From: Candidatus Eiseniibacteriota bacterium | GTDB lineage: Bacteria > Eisenbacteria > RBG-16-71-46 | Length of the DNA stretch: 64,000 nt | Reading direction: 5' to 3' | Assembly (NCBI GenBank): GCA_963744995.1 | Contig: CAVUWA010000005.1 | Span: 160,001 to 224,000 of the forward strand | Part shown: positions 48,628-59,327 of the stretch, one piece after another | Numbering within the stretch: the stretch's first letter is position 1 | Layout: every line of letters starts with the position of its first letter | Notes under the pieces: generated by a model | Databases searched by the model: none | Seen by the model: only the letters and a program-made list of their open reading frames with translations | What the model was told of the DNA's origin: nothing | Translations under genes and position numbers: made by a program

Positions 48628-50685
48628 CTACTTGAGCATGATCACCTTGTCCGTGACCACGTGGCCCGCGAGTTCGAGGCGCACCAGGTAGACGCCCGGG
48701 GTCAGTCGCGACCCGTTGCGGCGCGTGCCGTCCCAGGTGACGCTGTATTCGCCCGCCGTGCGGAAGCCATCGGCCAGCACCCGGACCGGGCGCCCCGCGA
48801 TGTCGAACACCCGCAGGCTCACCGGCCCGTCCTTCGGCACCACGAAGCGGATCGCCGTGGACGGCGTGAACGGATTGGGCTGTGCGAGCAGCATGCCGCG
48901 CATGGGCGCGACCGGCGTGCCCGGGTCGCCCTGCCCGCCGCCGTCACCGGTGTCGCCGGCGTCCGACTGCGCCTTTTCCACGTGCTCGAGGGTCGAGAGA
49001 TCCACCGTCAGCGGTGCGCCGAGCGCGAAGATGTCGTCCACGACCCAGTCGTTCGCCGCGGTGTCTTCGAAGTGCAGGCTCGTCTTGTCCTGCTGGCCCG
49101 GGGCCTGGAGGTGCAGGCGCGTGACCGCGTCACCGGGGAAGACGAACACGGCGTCCCGGCGGCCGTCGCCGTCCAGGTCGCCGAGATAGGTGTCCGCCAC
49201 GTCCACCACGCCCTTCATGTTGCCGATCTGCGTGCGGTAGTAACGGATCGTCGTCGCGTCGAAGGCCGTGCCGTCGAGATCGTCGGTCCACGAAGGCACC
49301 ACGATCGCCATGCGACCGTCGGCGGTCTGAACGGCTTCGCCGCTCGCCGAGTAGCCGTTCGACGCCCGCGCGCGGCCGCCGCGATCGTGCGGGACACGCA
49401 CGTACGCCGCGGCGAAGGCCTCGTTGCCGGCGCCGTCGAAGGCCCGGTAGGTGATCGTGTACACGCGGCCCTCGCCGTTGCCCGAGCGCTCCGCCCGCAG
49501 CGCGAACGTGGTGTCCGGCGTGCCGGTCGCAGCGCCCTGGACGTCCGGCTGCGTGTGACCGTCGCCGTGGCCGTTGCCCGGCTCGCTGCTCTCGATCGAC
49601 ACCAGCTCGAACCCGGCCTCCGGATCGCACTCGTCACTGACGGTGACGTGCGCCACGATGTCGTCGAACTTGTGGTTCGGCGGCCACAGGCAGGTGCGAT
49701 TGAGATCGACACGGATGGTCGGCGGAATCGTGTCGATCACGGTCACCGTCGCGCCGCAGCTGGCACTGTTGCCGCTGCCGTCGGTGGCGGTGAAGGTGAC
49801 CAGCGTTTCGCCGAGCGGGAAGAAGTCGGGTGCATCGTTGCCGATGGTCAGACTGGTGTCGCAGGAGTCCACGGCCGTGAAGCCGGCGAAGAACGCCTCG
49901 AGCTGCGGATCGTCGGCCGGCGTCCCGCCGCCGCCGGTGCAGTCCACCGTGACGTCTTCGGGGCAGGTCACGACCGGCGCGGAGGTGTCGGCGACGGCCG
50001 CGTCGGCCGTGGCTTCGGCGACCAGCGCGCAGCCGTCGGTGGCGGTGAGCGTGACCCGCACGAGCGCAGCAGAATCCGATACGTCGCTGACTTCGACGCT
50101 GCCGCTCACGAGGATCGTGTCGCCGGAGGCGGTGATCGAGATGTCCGGTGTGCCGAGGGTGGCGTTCGGCGTGAGCAGCGCCACGTTCACCGCGACGTCG
50201 CCGATGGCGAGGCTGCAGTCGTCCAGTGCCCGGCCCGAGAACGTCACCGTGCCGCCGCACGCCTGGCCGGAAGCGCCCTCGACGGCGAGCTGCAGCACCG
50301 GCGCCGCGGCGACCAGCGTGCGCAGGGGGCCGCTGAAGACGACTTCTCCGCCGGCGGTGGCGGTGACGCGTCCTTCGTAGGCGCCCGCCGCCAGACAGGG
50401 CACGTTGACCTCTTCGACGCCGTCGTTCTCCGTGCCGGTCGCGAAGATCGTGATGGTATCGCCCGGAAGCCCGATGAACAGCAGGTCCACGGTCTCGGGC
50501 GGATTGTCGGTGCCGACGTCCCAGGTCAGGATCGCCTGGCAGCCGGCGTGGAGCGGCGCGGGCGACGTCTGCGCACGAGCGATGACGGGAAGCGAGAGCA
50601 GCGTGAGCGCCGCCCCCAGGAGGGCGGCGACGCGGGCCAGGGAGCGCCCGGCGCGCCTGGAGCGCGCGGCGGCGAGGCGGAACAT
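48628..50685 (-). CDS. Secreted HYR/Ig-domain protein with FlgD/T9SS-like CTD
   Basis: ATG at 50685 after GGAGG; signal peptide; FPLGETLVTFTATDGSGNSASC (HYR); LWPPNHK...LRAERSGNGEGRVYTITY; C-terminus PNPF...WDG...GVYLVRL...KVIMLK. Confidence 0.88.
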   Translation of the reverse strand: MFRLAAARSRRAGRSLARVAALLGAALTLLSLPVIARAQTSPAPLHAGCQAILTWDVGTDNPPETVDLLFIGLPGDTITIFATGTENDGVEEVNVPCLAAGAYEGRVTATAGGEVVFSGPLRTLVAAAPVLQLAVEGASGQACGGTVTFSGRALDDCSLAIGDVAVNVALLTPNATLGTPDISITASGDTILVSGSVEVSDVSDSAALVRVTLTATDGCALVAEATADAAVADTSAPVVTCPEDVTVDCTGGGGTPADDPQLEAFFAGFTAVDSCDTSLTIGNDAPDFFPLGETLVTFTATDGSGNSASCGATVTVIDTIPPTIRVDLNRTCLWPPNHKFDDIVAHVTVSDECDPEAGFELVSIESSEPGNGHGDGHTQPDVQGAATGTPDTTFALRAERSGNGEGRVYTITYRAFDGAGNEAFAAAYVRVPHDRGGRARASNGYSASGEAVQTADGRMAIVVPSWTDDLDGTAFDATTIRYYRTQIGNMKGVVDVADTYLGDLDGDGRRDAVFVFPGDAVTRLHLQAPGQQDKTSLHFEDTAANDWVVDDIFALGAPLTVDLSTLEHVEKAQSDAGDTGDGGGQGDPGTPVAPMRGMLLAQPNPFTPSTAIRFVVPKDGPVSLRVFDIAGRPVRVLADGFRTAGEYSVTWDGTRRNGSRLTPGVYLVRLELAGHVVTDKVIMLK

Positions 50686-50863
50686 GGGGAACCTCCGGCA
50701 GTGCAATCGGTGCGATTCAGGATGTCGAGTCGGTGCATCGTCGGGAGATCTCGATCCTACCAGAGCGCCCGCCCTGCCGCACCCCCGCGCGGGCCCGTTG
50801 CGCTGCCCGCGCGCCGGATCGTAGGCTCCGCCTCTCACCCGCCGCACCGATCCCGGAGGCCCC

Positions 50864-51247
50864 ATGCTCAACGTGCCCGTCGCGCCCGGCGAATTCCTCG
50901 ACAAGCTGACCATCCTCGAGATCAAGGCCGAACGCATGACGGACGCGGCAAAGCTCGCCAACGTGCGGCGCGAGCTGGAGTTGCTGCGCGCGACCTGGGC
51001 CGCCTCGCCGCTCGCCGCGCGCGACGTTACCGGGCTGACCGCGGCCCTGCGGCAGGTGAACGAAACCCTGTGGGAGATCGAGGACCGCATCCGGGAACTC
51101 GAGGCGGGCGAGCGTTTCGACGCGGAGTTCATCTCGCTGGCACGCGCGGTCTATCGCACCAACGATCGCCGCGCGGCGATCAAGCGCGAGATCAACGTCG
51201 CGCTGGGCTCCGACATCCTCGAAGAGAAGTCGTACACCCCCTACTGA
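50864..51247 (+). CDS. DUF6165-family small helical protein
   Basis: VAPGEFLDKLTILEIK, LWEIEDRIR, NDRRAAIKREIN...EEKSY; GGAGG RBS. Confidence 0.8.
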   Translation: MLNVPVAPGEFLDKLTILEIKAERMTDAAKLANVRRELELLRATWAASPLAARDVTGLTAALRQVNETLWEIEDRIRELEAGERFDAEFISLARAVYRTNDRRAAIKREINVALGSDILEEKSYTPY

Positions 51248-51341
51248 ACCAGCCACGGAGCGCGCAGTCACCGACGCCCACCGCCCCGCGTCCGGCGCGG
51301 CGGCCGGGGCCCCGGACGCCGCTTTCCGCAGGGACCCGTGA

Positions 51342-51836
51342 TCACTCGTCCCGGTAGTGGCGGAGCTCTTCGCGCAGCAGCGGCCTGGCCGCAACGAGGT
51401 AGCCGGTCATCGCCAGGAACGCCACGAAGCCGGCCGCGAACAGCTGCCAGGCCATCACGGACGCACGGATCGCCCTCGAGACGAACAGCACGGCACCGAA
51501 CATGTGGAACAGCACGAGCAGGAACAGCACCGCGCCGATGTACCAGAACTCCGGGCCCTTCTCCGACAGCCGGGCGAGCCACGCCGCCACCATGCCGAGC
51601 GCCTGGAACGCCAGCAGGTGAACGCCGTTGAAGGCGAACACCGGACCCGGCTCGATCCTCAGCGCGCTCGGATCGCGCAGGCCATAGAACATCGCCTCAC
51701 CGAACATCGCGGGCGTGTGGAACAGCCGGTGCCCGGCGCCGAGATCGAACAGCGCGATCACGGCCGCGACGATCGCGTAGCCGATGAGCCCGGCGAAGAA
51801 TCCCTGCGTGACGATGGTCTTCCACTCTCTCTGCAT
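51342..51836 (-). CDS. Hypothetical 4-TM membrane protein
   Basis: ATG at 51836 after GGAGG; four hydrophobic segments. Confidence 0.75.
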   Translation of the reverse strand: MQREWKTIVTQGFFAGLIGYAIVAAVIALFDLGAGHRLFHTPAMFGEAMFYGLRDPSALRIEPGPVFAFNGVHLLAFQALGMVAAWLARLSEKGPEFWYIGAVLFLLVLFHMFGAVLFVSRAIRASVMAWQLFAAGFVAFLAMTGYLVAARPLLREELRHYRDE

Positions 51837-51910
51837 GGAATACCTCCCCGGGTCCGCGCGGCGGATTCCGCACCGGAGAGCCGCCCGTGGACGCCCGCGC
51901 ATGGGGAATG

Positions 51911-51925
51911 GCATCAAGCGCGCCA
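51911..51925 (-). promoter_or_regulatory. Putative sigma54 promoter
   Basis: Minus strand TGGCGCGCTTGATGC (GG-N10-GC), about 75 nt upstream of ATG 51836. Confidence 0.55.
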
Positions 51926-52221
51926 GAGCGTCGGCCGCAGCGGCCCACCGCGGGCGCCGGCGCAACCCGCGGCCCGAAGGGGCGTTGGCCGCGGGGCCCC
52001 CGCCGCCGCCGGGGCTCGCACCACGCCGGCGTCACGTGGGGACCTGTCAGGCTGTCGGTGCGAGTGCCAGGCGCTGACCGCGCCACGGGGCGCGGGGCCG
52101 CGGCCGCCCGCCCGTCACCCGGCCTGCCGCGGCCGGGGTGAACGGGTCGCCGGGGAGGACCCGACGCGCTAATCTCCATGCCGTTCGCATTTTGCTCTGA
52201 CCCTCAGGGAAGACCAGACCC

Positions 52222-54267
52222 ATGAATCGAAGAATCGCCCTCGCCCTGGCCGTGCTGGCGCTCCTCGCCGTTGCCGTTCCCGCGCTCGCTGCCGCTCCCG
52301 CCATGGACGCCGAGCACTACCTCGACGGCATCGTCGACCGCTCGGTGGATCCGGGCACCGACTTCTTCCACTACGCCGTCGGCAAGTGGCTCGAGAATCA
52401 CCCGATTCCCGCCACCGAGCGCTCCTGGGGAATCGGCCGGGTCGTGCAGGAAGAGACCTACCAGCGCCTGATCGGCATCAACGACCGGGCCGCCAAGTCC
52501 GCCGGTGCGAAGGGCAGCAACGCGCAGAAGATCGGCGACTTCTGGTTCGCCGCGATGGACACGCAGACCATCGCGAAACAGGGCATGTCGCCGCTCGATC
52601 CCGAATTCGCGCGCATCGCGGCGATCGACTCGAAGGCCGGCCTGCTGAAGGAAATCGCCCGGCTCCAGTACATCGGCGTCAATGTGATGTGCGCCACGTA
52701 CATCTTTCAGGACGAGAAGAACAGCGATCGTTACGCGCTGCACCTCTATCAGGGCGGGCTCGGGCTCCCGAACCGTGATTACTACTTCGACGCCGACGAC
52801 CGCTCGAAGATGCTGCGCGGCGAATACGTGAAACACGTGGGCCGCATGTTCGAGCTGCTCGGCGACGACGCGGACGCCGCCGCCGCGAATGCCGCCACCG
52901 TGATGGCGCTCGAGACCGAGCTGGCCGGGGCCTCGCGGAAGCTCGAGGACCTGCGCGATCCACAGGCGAACTACAACGCCTATGCCATCGACGGTCTGTC
53001 GAAGCTCACGCCGACGATCCACTGGCGCGAATTTCTCGCCGACGGCCACGTTGCCGGAGTGGACTCGGTGATCGTCGGGCAGCCGGAGTTCTTCGAGCAG
53101 GTCGAGAAGTCGCTCCAGACGCACGGGCTCGACGACTGGAAGACCTACCTGCGCTGGCACCTCGCCCATTCGTTCGCGGCCGAGGCCGGCGGCGAATTCG
53201 ATGCCGAGAACTTCCACTTCTACGGCACGATCATGAATGGAATCCCCGAGCAGCGTCCGCGCTGGAAGCGCATGCTCGACCAGGAAGAGAATTACCTGGG
53301 CGACGCGCTCGGCCAGCTGTACGTGGCGAAGTACTTCTCCCCCGCCAGCAAGCAGCGCTACGAAAAGCTCACCGACGAGATCTTCGACGCGTTCCGCGAG
53401 CGCATCCACAAACTCACGTGGATGAGCGAGGCGACCAAGAAACGTGCACTCGAGAAGCTCGACGCAGTCACGAAGAAGGTTGGCTACCCGGACAAGTGGA
53501 AGGACTACTCGAGCTACGAGGTGCGGCGCGATTCGTTCATCGGCAACTGCCTGCGCGGCAACGAGTGGCTCTCCCAGTACTACATCGACAAGCTCGGCAA
53601 GCCCGTCGACCGCACCGAATGGGACATGACGCCGCAGACCTACAACGCCTACTACAGCTCGTCGAACAACGAGATCGTGATCCCCGCGGCGATCTTCGCG
53701 CTGCCCGGCATCGACGACGCACATACCGACGACGCGCTGGTCTACGGCTACGTCGGCGGCACCACCATCGGCCACGAGATCACGCACGGCTTCGACGACG
53801 AGGGCCGGCAGTTCGACGAAAAGGGCAACCTGCACGAATGGTGGACGGCCGAGGACGAAGCCGAGTTCAAGCGCCGCACCCAGGCCATCATCCGGCAGTT
53901 CGACGACTATCTGGTCGTCGACAGCCTGCACGTGAACGGCAAGGCCACGGCCGGTGAAAACATCGCCGACCTGGGCGGCATCGTGCTCGGCTGGGAAGCG
54001 TTCAAGAAGACCGACGAGTACCGGAGCGGCAAGTCGATCGGCGGCTTCACGCCCACGCAGCGCTACTTCATCGGCTGGGCGCTCGGCTGGATGAACCAGC
54101 TGCGCCCCGAGACCATGGCGCTGCGGGTCAAGACCGACGTGCATTCGCCGAGCTTCCTGCGCGTGATCGGCCCCGTCACCAATCAGCCCGCATTCTACAA
54201 GGCGTTCAACGTGAAGCCGGGCGACCCGATGTACCGGCCGGACTCGATGCGCGTGCAGATCTGGTAG
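52222..54267 (+). CDS. M13-family (neprilysin/PepO-like) zinc metallopeptidase, secreted
   Basis: Signal peptide; YNAYY, GHEITHGFDD, GENIADLGG, DVHSP. Confidence 0.95.
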   Translation: MNRRIALALAVLALLAVAVPALAAAPAMDAEHYLDGIVDRSVDPGTDFFHYAVGKWLENHPIPATERSWGIGRVVQEETYQRLIGINDRAAKSAGAKGSNAQKIGDFWFAAMDTQTIAKQGMSPLDPEFARIAAIDSKAGLLKEIARLQYIGVNVMCATYIFQDEKNSDRYALHLYQGGLGLPNRDYYFDADDRSKMLRGEYVKHVGRMFELLGDDADAAAANAATVMALETELAGASRKLEDLRDPQANYNAYAIDGLSKLTPTIHWREFLADGHVAGVDSVIVGQPEFFEQVEKSLQTHGLDDWKTYLRWHLAHSFAAEAGGEFDAENFHFYGTIMNGIPEQRPRWKRMLDQEENYLGDALGQLYVAKYFSPASKQRYEKLTDEIFDAFRERIHKLTWMSEATKKRALEKLDAVTKKVGYPDKWKDYSSYEVRRDSFIGNCLRGNEWLSQYYIDKLGKPVDRTEWDMTPQTYNAYYSSSNNEIVIPAAIFALPGIDDAHTDDALVYGYVGGTTIGHEITHGFDDEGRQFDEKGNLHEWWTAEDEAEFKRRTQAIIRQFDDYLVVDSLHVNGKATAGENIADLGGIVLGWEAFKKTDEYRSGKSIGGFTPTQRYFIGWALGWMNQLRPETMALRVKTDVHSPSFLRVIGPVTNQPAFYKAFNVKPGDPMYRPDSMRVQIW

Positions 54268-54288
54268 CGGGGGCGGCCGCATGACGAA

Positions 54289-54310
54289 GGGGAGGGCCGA
54301 CGCCCTCCCC
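54289..54310. terminator. Hairpin between convergent genes
   Basis: GGGGAGGGC-CGAC-GCCCTCCCC, 9-bp stem. Confidence 0.55.
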
Positions 54311-54340
54311 CTCCTGCAGCGCGACGGTCGGACGCGGCGT

Positions 54341-55372
54341 TCACTGCTTCGCGGGCGGGCCGCCCGCGGGCGAGACCAGCACGTACCCGTCCAGCCGCTC
54401 GCTCTGATCGAGGATCACGACGCCGATCGGCTGGCCGCCCTCGTCGGTCGCGACGCTCTCGACGTGCAGGACCGTCTGCAGATAGCCCTTGCGTCCGTAC
54501 CAGACGTGCACCGCGTCGTCCGGTCCCAGGAACTCGTTCAGATAGCGGATCCGCCAGCCGCCGAGCCGCCCCGCCGCGAGGTCCAGCGAGTCGAAACCTT
54601 CGACGCGCGCTTCGAACCGTGGCGAGTTTCGAATGATCCAGTGCTGGCCGGGCGCGAGTGGATAGCGCAGGCGCAGCAGCTCGCCCTCGGGTGTCGCGCC
54701 GGGTGGGCCGAACAGCCCGCGCGCCGGCGTGGCGATCACCGCTCGCACGGCATCGACCCGTGTGCGCAGATCCTCCCATGCGCGCCCGTACGAGGCACGC
54801 CGCGCCGCGTCGCTCACGCCGGCGACCGCCCTGGACCAGGCCAGCGACAGCGCCTGGTCCGGATCGCCGGCCGGTGCGCGCTGGACGTTCTCGACGGGTT
54901 CGCACGACGGGTCGGGGCCGGTCTGATCGGCTTCGTACAGCCCGTGCCGATCCTGGCGGAACCGCACCCAGATGCTGGACTCGCCGCCGGGATCGGTGGA
55001 CGTGACGTGTTCGGTCAGGTAGTTGCGGCCGTCGATCGTCACCGGGCAGGTCTGATTGCGGACGACGGTGTACGGCGCGGAGCCGTCACCGCTTCCCGCA
55101 TCGGGCGAGCCCAGGATGCGCATCGTGACGAGCCCCTGGTAGTGCCAGCGGTTGCCCGTGGCGAGCGGATAGAAGGCCGCCAGATCCGCCCCCGCGGGAG
55201 TTTTCACGGGAGCAGGCGGGTTGTAGAGCCCGACGGACGACGCGGCATCGGCCGCCGGATCGCCGCTGGACGAGGTGCCGGTGGGGAGCTTTTCGGACGT
55301 CCCGCAACCAGCGAGGAACAGTGCCGGCGCGAGCGCGAGGAACGCGAGGTTCCCGAGCCGAAAGGAGTTCAT
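54341..55372 (-). CDS. Hypothetical lipoprotein
   Basis: Lipobox FLAGC; FYPLATGNRWHY and YPLAPGQHW...WYGRKG beta-rich motifs; GGAGG RBS. Confidence 0.75.
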   Translation of the reverse strand: MNSFRLGNLAFLALAPALFLAGCGTSEKLPTGTSSSGDPAADAASSVGLYNPPAPVKTPAGADLAAFYPLATGNRWHYQGLVTMRILGSPDAGSGDGSAPYTVVRNQTCPVTIDGRNYLTEHVTSTDPGGESSIWVRFRQDRHGLYEADQTGPDPSCEPVENVQRAPAGDPDQALSLAWSRAVAGVSDAARRASYGRAWEDLRTRVDAVRAVIATPARGLFGPPGATPEGELLRLRYPLAPGQHWIIRNSPRFEARVEGFDSLDLAAGRLGGWRIRYLNEFLGPDDAVHVWYGRKGYLQTVLHVESVATDEGGQPIGVVILDQSERLDGYVLVSPAGGPPAKQ

Positions 55373-55414
55373 GCATCACCTCCGCGTGTAGGAGGAGCGC
55401 CCGATCGAAAAGAA

Positions 55415-55443
55415 ATCATGAAACTGAACGCGGGAGCGGTCAA
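55415..55443 (-). promoter_or_regulatory. Putative sigma70 promoter of the lipoprotein gene
   Basis: Minus strand TTGACC-N17-CATGAT. Confidence 0.55.
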
Positions 55444-55493
55444 GGGCTACTTCGGGCCCGCCGGCCCGATGCGCGGCGCGCCACCGCGGCCGG

Positions 55494-56189
55494 CTACGGG
55501 CGTGCAAGCCCTTTCAGACCTTGCCACTCGGCGAGATCCCCGATGCGCTCGATCGTGACGTCGGCCGCCGGATAGCGCGCGACCTGCTCGCCGTCGGTGG
55601 CGTAGTGGCCCTGCCGCACGAACACCGTGGTCAGGCGCTCGCCCCACACCTCTTTCATGGCGGCGAGGATCCGCACCTTGTCGTCGACCATCACGTAGTG
55701 TCGCGCCGGGTAGCGGCGCTCGACGTCGTCGAGCATCTGTTCCTTGTGGATGTAGATCAGCACGTCGCCCGCGACCGCATCCCAGAGGCCCGAACGGGCG
55801 ACCTTGAGCGGCTGGAACACCGCGTCGCCGTCGGAGAGGATCACCGTCCTCGCCCGCTCGCGCAGCGTCCTCAGCAACTCCGGCACGCCCGGATAGAGAC
55901 GGTCGGCGAACGGGTACTGGATGAGGAACAGCGACATGCTGAGCAGGCGCGGATCGCTGCCCTGCTCGAGCCGGTAGCGCTGCAGCGTGCCCAGGTAGTC
56001 GGCGTAGCCGAGTTCGGAACGCAGCTGCTCGAACAGCGCCCAGTAGCGCTTCTCGCTCTCGCTGCCGAACCTCTCGTGCAGGTGCCGATGGAGCTCCCGC
56101 TCGACGTGATCGTTGTCGAGCAGCGTGTTGTCCACGTCCAGAAGGAACACCGTGTCGTCGCGCGCCGCGGGCGCCCCCGCTGCGCTCAC
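55494..56189 (-). CDS. HAD-superfamily hydrolase
   Basis: GTG overlaps the phosphoketolase stop; [23 protein letters not shown]. Confidence 0.85.
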   Translation of the reverse strand: MSAAGAPAARDDTVFLLDVDNTLLDNDHVERELHRHLHERFGSESEKRYWALFEQLRSELGYADYLGTLQRYRLEQGSDPRLLSMSLFLIQYPFADRLYPGVPELLRTLRERARTVILSDGDAVFQPLKVARSGLWDAVAGDVLIYIHKEQMLDDVERRYPARHYVMVDDKVRILAAMKEVWGERLTTVFVRQGHYATDGEQVARYPAADVTIERIGDLAEWQGLKGLARP

Positions 56190-58603
56190 CGGGACCGCCG
56201 CGATGCTTTGCTGCGCCGGCGCGGGCGGACCGCGGTGCCCGTCGGGCCGCCCCACTGCCAGTCGCGGATCTCCGGCAGGTCTTCACCGTACTGGCGTACG
56301 TATGCTTTGTGCTCGATCAGCCGGTCGCGGAGGAACTGCTTCAGGTAGGCCGTCTTCGCCCCGAGGCCCGGCACCCGATCGATGACGTCGCCGACCAGGT
56401 GGAACCGGTCGAGATCGTTCAGGACCACCATGTCGAACGGCGTGGTCGTGGTGCCTTCCTCCTTGTAGCCGCGCACGTGGAGGTTGCCATGGTTCGTGCG
56501 GCGATACGTCAGACGGTGGATCAGCCACGGGTAGCCGTGGAAGGCGAAGATGATCGGTTTGTCGGTGGTGAAGATCACGTCGAAGTCACGGTCGGCGAGC
56601 CCGTGTGGATGTTCGCTCTTGGGCTGCAGGGTCATGAGATCGACGACGTTCACCACGCGTACCGCGAGGTCCGGCAGGTGTTCGCGGAGCAGGGCCACGG
56701 CGGCCAGCGTCTCCACGGTGGGCACGTCGCCGGCGCACGCCATCACCACGTCCGGTTCGCGGCCGCGGTCGTTGCTGGCCCACTCCCAGATGCCGATGCC
56801 GGTGGTGCAGTGCTTGACCGCCGCGTCCATGTCGAGCCACTGGATCTCGGGCTGCTTGCCGGCCACGATCACGTTCACGTAGTTGCGGCTGCGCAGGCAG
56901 TGGTCCACCACCGAGAGCAGCGTGTTCGCATCCGGCGGCAGATAGATACGGATCACGTCGGCTTTCTTGTTGGCGACATGGTCGATGAAGCCCGGGTCCT
57001 GATGACTGAAGCCGTTGTGATCCTGACGCCACACGTGCGAGGTGAGCAGGTAGTTGAGCGAGGCGATCGGCCGCCGCCACTCGATGTCGCGCGTCACCTT
57101 CAACCACTTCGCGTGCTGGTTGAACATCGAATCCACGATGTGGATGAACGCCTCGTAGCACGAGAAGAAGCCGTGCCGGCCCGACAGCAGGTAGCCTTCG
57201 AGCCACCCCTGGCACAGGTGCTCGCTCAGCACTTCCATCACCCGGCCGTCCGGCGCGAGATGCTCGTCGGTGTCCTTCCGCTCGGCGACCCACTGCCGGT
57301 CGGTCGCCTCGAACACGGCCGCGAGGCGGTTGGAGGCGGTTTCATCGGGTCCGAACAGGCGGAAGTTGCGCTCCGCTGCATTCGCCTTCATGACGTCGCG
57401 CAGGAAAGCGCCCGCCACGCGCGTGGCCTCGGCACGCACCGTGCCCGGGCTGCGCACCTCGACGGCGTAGTCGCGGAAGTCCGGCAGGCGCAGATCGCGC
57501 AGCAGCCGCCCGCCGTTGGCGTAGGGGCTTGCGCCCATGCGCCGGTCGCCCCTGGGCGCCAGTGCGGCGATCTCCGGCTGGAGCCGCCCCTCGGCGTCGA
57601 ACAGCTCGCGCGGCCGGTAGCTCTTCATCCAGCGCTCGAGCATCGCGAGGTGCTTCGGATTCGTGCGAACGCCGGCGAGCGGCACCTGATGGGCGCGGCT
57701 GGTGCCCTCGACCTGCACGCCATCCACGCGCTTCGGCCCCGTCCAGCCCTTGGGCGTCTTCATCACGATCATCGGCCACGCCGGCCGTCGCTTGAATCCC
57801 CTGCGCCGTGCGTCCGACTGGATCTTGCGGATCTTCTGGAGCGCGCGGTCGAGCGCCGATGCCATCTGCCGATGCACTTTTTCCGGTTCGTCGCCCTCGA
57901 CCACCAGCGGCTCATGACCGTAGCCCCGGAGCAATGCCTCGAGCTCGGCGCGCGGAATGCGCGCGAGCAGGGTCGGGTTCGCGATCTTGTAGCCGTTCAG
58001 GTGCAGGATCGGCAGCACCGCGCCGTCCGTCGCCGGGTTCAGGAACTTGTTCGAGTGCCAGCTCGCCGCGAGCGCGCCGGTCTCCGCCTCGCCGTCGCCG
58101 ATGGCGCAGGCGACGATCAGACCCGGATGGTCGAACGCCGCGCCGTAGGCGTGCGCGAGGCTGTAACCCAGCTCACCGCCCTCGTTGATCGAGCCCGGCG
58201 TTTCCGGCGCATCGTGGCTGGGCACGCCGCCCGGGAACGAGAACTGCTTGAAGAGCCGCTGCATGCCGCGTGCGTCCGCCGAGACGCCCGGGTAGAGCTC
58301 GCTGTAGGTGCCTTCGAGATACGTGTTGGCGACCAGCGCCGGCCCGCCGTGCCCGGGCCCGACCACGAAGATCATGCGCAGGTCGTGCGCCGTGATCAGC
58401 CGGTTCAGATGCACGTAGATGAAGTTGAGCCCCGGCGTCGTGCCCCAGTGCCCGAGCAGCCGCGGCTTCACGTGCCGGGGCTCGAGCCGCTGCCTGAGCA
58501 ACGGATTGTCGAGCAGGTAGATCTGACCGACGGACAGGTAGTTCGCCGCACGCCACCACGCGTTCATGCGGGCGAGCAGACCGGGCGCGATCGCCGAGGG
58601 CAT
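56186..58603 (-). CDS. xfp: Phosphoketolase (XFP family)
   Basis: [67 protein letters not shown]. Confidence 0.96.
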   Translation of the reverse strand: MPSAIAPGLLARMNAWWRAANYLSVGQIYLLDNPLLRQRLEPRHVKPRLLGHWGTTPGLNFIYVHLNRLITAHDLRMIFVVGPGHGGPALVANTYLEGTYSELYPGVSADARGMQRLFKQFSFPGGVPSHDAPETPGSINEGGELGYSLAHAYGAAFDHPGLIVACAIGDGEAETGALAASWHSNKFLNPATDGAVLPILHLNGYKIANPTLLARIPRAELEALLRGYGHEPLVVEGDEPEKVHRQMASALDRALQKIRKIQSDARRRGFKRRPAWPMIVMKTPKGWTGPKRVDGVQVEGTSRAHQVPLAGVRTNPKHLAMLERWMKSYRPRELFDAEGRLQPEIAALAPRGDRRMGASPYANGGRLLRDLRLPDFRDYAVEVRSPGTVRAEATRVAGAFLRDVMKANAAERNFRLFGPDETASNRLAAVFEATDRQWVAERKDTDEHLAPDGRVMEVLSEHLCQGWLEGYLLSGRHGFFSCYEAFIHIVDSMFNQHAKWLKVTRDIEWRRPIASLNYLLTSHVWRQDHNGFSHQDPGFIDHVANKKADVIRIYLPPDANTLLSVVDHCLRSRNYVNVIVAGKQPEIQWLDMDAAVKHCTTGIGIWEWASNDRGREPDVVMACAGDVPTVETLAAVALLREHLPDLAVRVVNVVDLMTLQPKSEHPHGLADRDFDVIFTTDKPIIFAFHGYPWLIHRLTYRRTNHGNLHVRGYKEEGTTTTPFDMVVLNDLDRFHLVGDVIDRVPGLGAKTAYLKQFLRDRLIEHKAYVRQYGEDLPEIRDWQWGGPTGTAVRPRRRSKASRRSR

Positions 58604-58733
58604 CGGAGCGGACTCCAGTGCGCGAGGATTCGTACGGGAGGTGAGCGGCCGCCGCTCGCTGCGCGCGGCCGGGTGCGGGCAGTCGCGGGGCGGCGGCGCT
58701 CGCGCTTCGCCCGCCCCGTTTCTGCACCTGCGG

Positions 58734-58949
58734 TCAGTTCTGCTCGAGCAGCTCCTTTTCCGCCTGGAGCCAGTCGCTCTGCGGATCGCCACCCTTTCCG
58801 TCACGCGCCAGATAGAGCTCGTAGGCCCTGCGTTCGATGGCCTCGCGCGGTGGGGCGGTCGCGGTCGCGGTAGCGGTGGCGCCGGAGTCAGCGCCCGGCC
58901 TGGCTGTGACCTTCGCCGGCTTGCGTGCAACTTTCTTCTTCGTGACCAT
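58734..58949 (-). CDS. DUF2934-domain small protein
   Basis: [15 protein letters not shown]....DWLQAEKEL after a Lys-rich N-terminus; GGAGG RBS. Confidence 0.85.
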   Translation of the reverse strand: MVTKKKVARKPAKVTARPGADSGATATATATAPPREAIERRAYELYLARDGKGGDPQSDWLQAEKELLEQN

Positions 58950-58997
58950 GGCTCGGACCTCCTGTCGATGCATGTCCTCGAATTCTGCGCGGCCAAG

Positions 58998-59013
58998 AGC
59001 AAATGGGACGCCG
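58998..59013 (-). promoter_or_regulatory. Putative sigma54 promoter
   Basis: Minus strand CGGCGTCCCATTTGCT (GG-N10-GC), about 50 nt upstream of the DUF2934 ATG. Confidence 0.5.
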
Positions 59014-59327
59014 TTGCGTCCCGCAGCGGACGCGGGTTGCCGGAAGATCGCCCGGCCCTTGCCCGCTCATTCTTCCACCCAACGGCACATCGCGGTCAAA
59101 TCACAGGGGGTTGTCAGGTCGGGCGGGGGCCAGGGCTGGACGCGGGCGCGAGGAGCGCCGGCGCGACAACGCGTCGCGCGCGTCATTCCTGCCGGGAACG
59201 GGGCTCCAGGCGGCGTCGGCCATCTGGACGAAGCGCTGACCGGGTTCCTGAGTGGCGATCCCGCTGCCCGTTTCGCTCAGCGCGTGCGGATCCGATCGAG
59301 GTGGGGCGAAGTCTCCCCGAAGCCCCT

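Noticed and set aside
58995..59045. GCAAA...GGGACGC...GCGGGTTGCC, reminiscent of a c-di-GMP-I riboswitch
   Set aside because: Too short, lacks the GNRA-capped P2 and the P3 stem, and no plus-strand gene follows.
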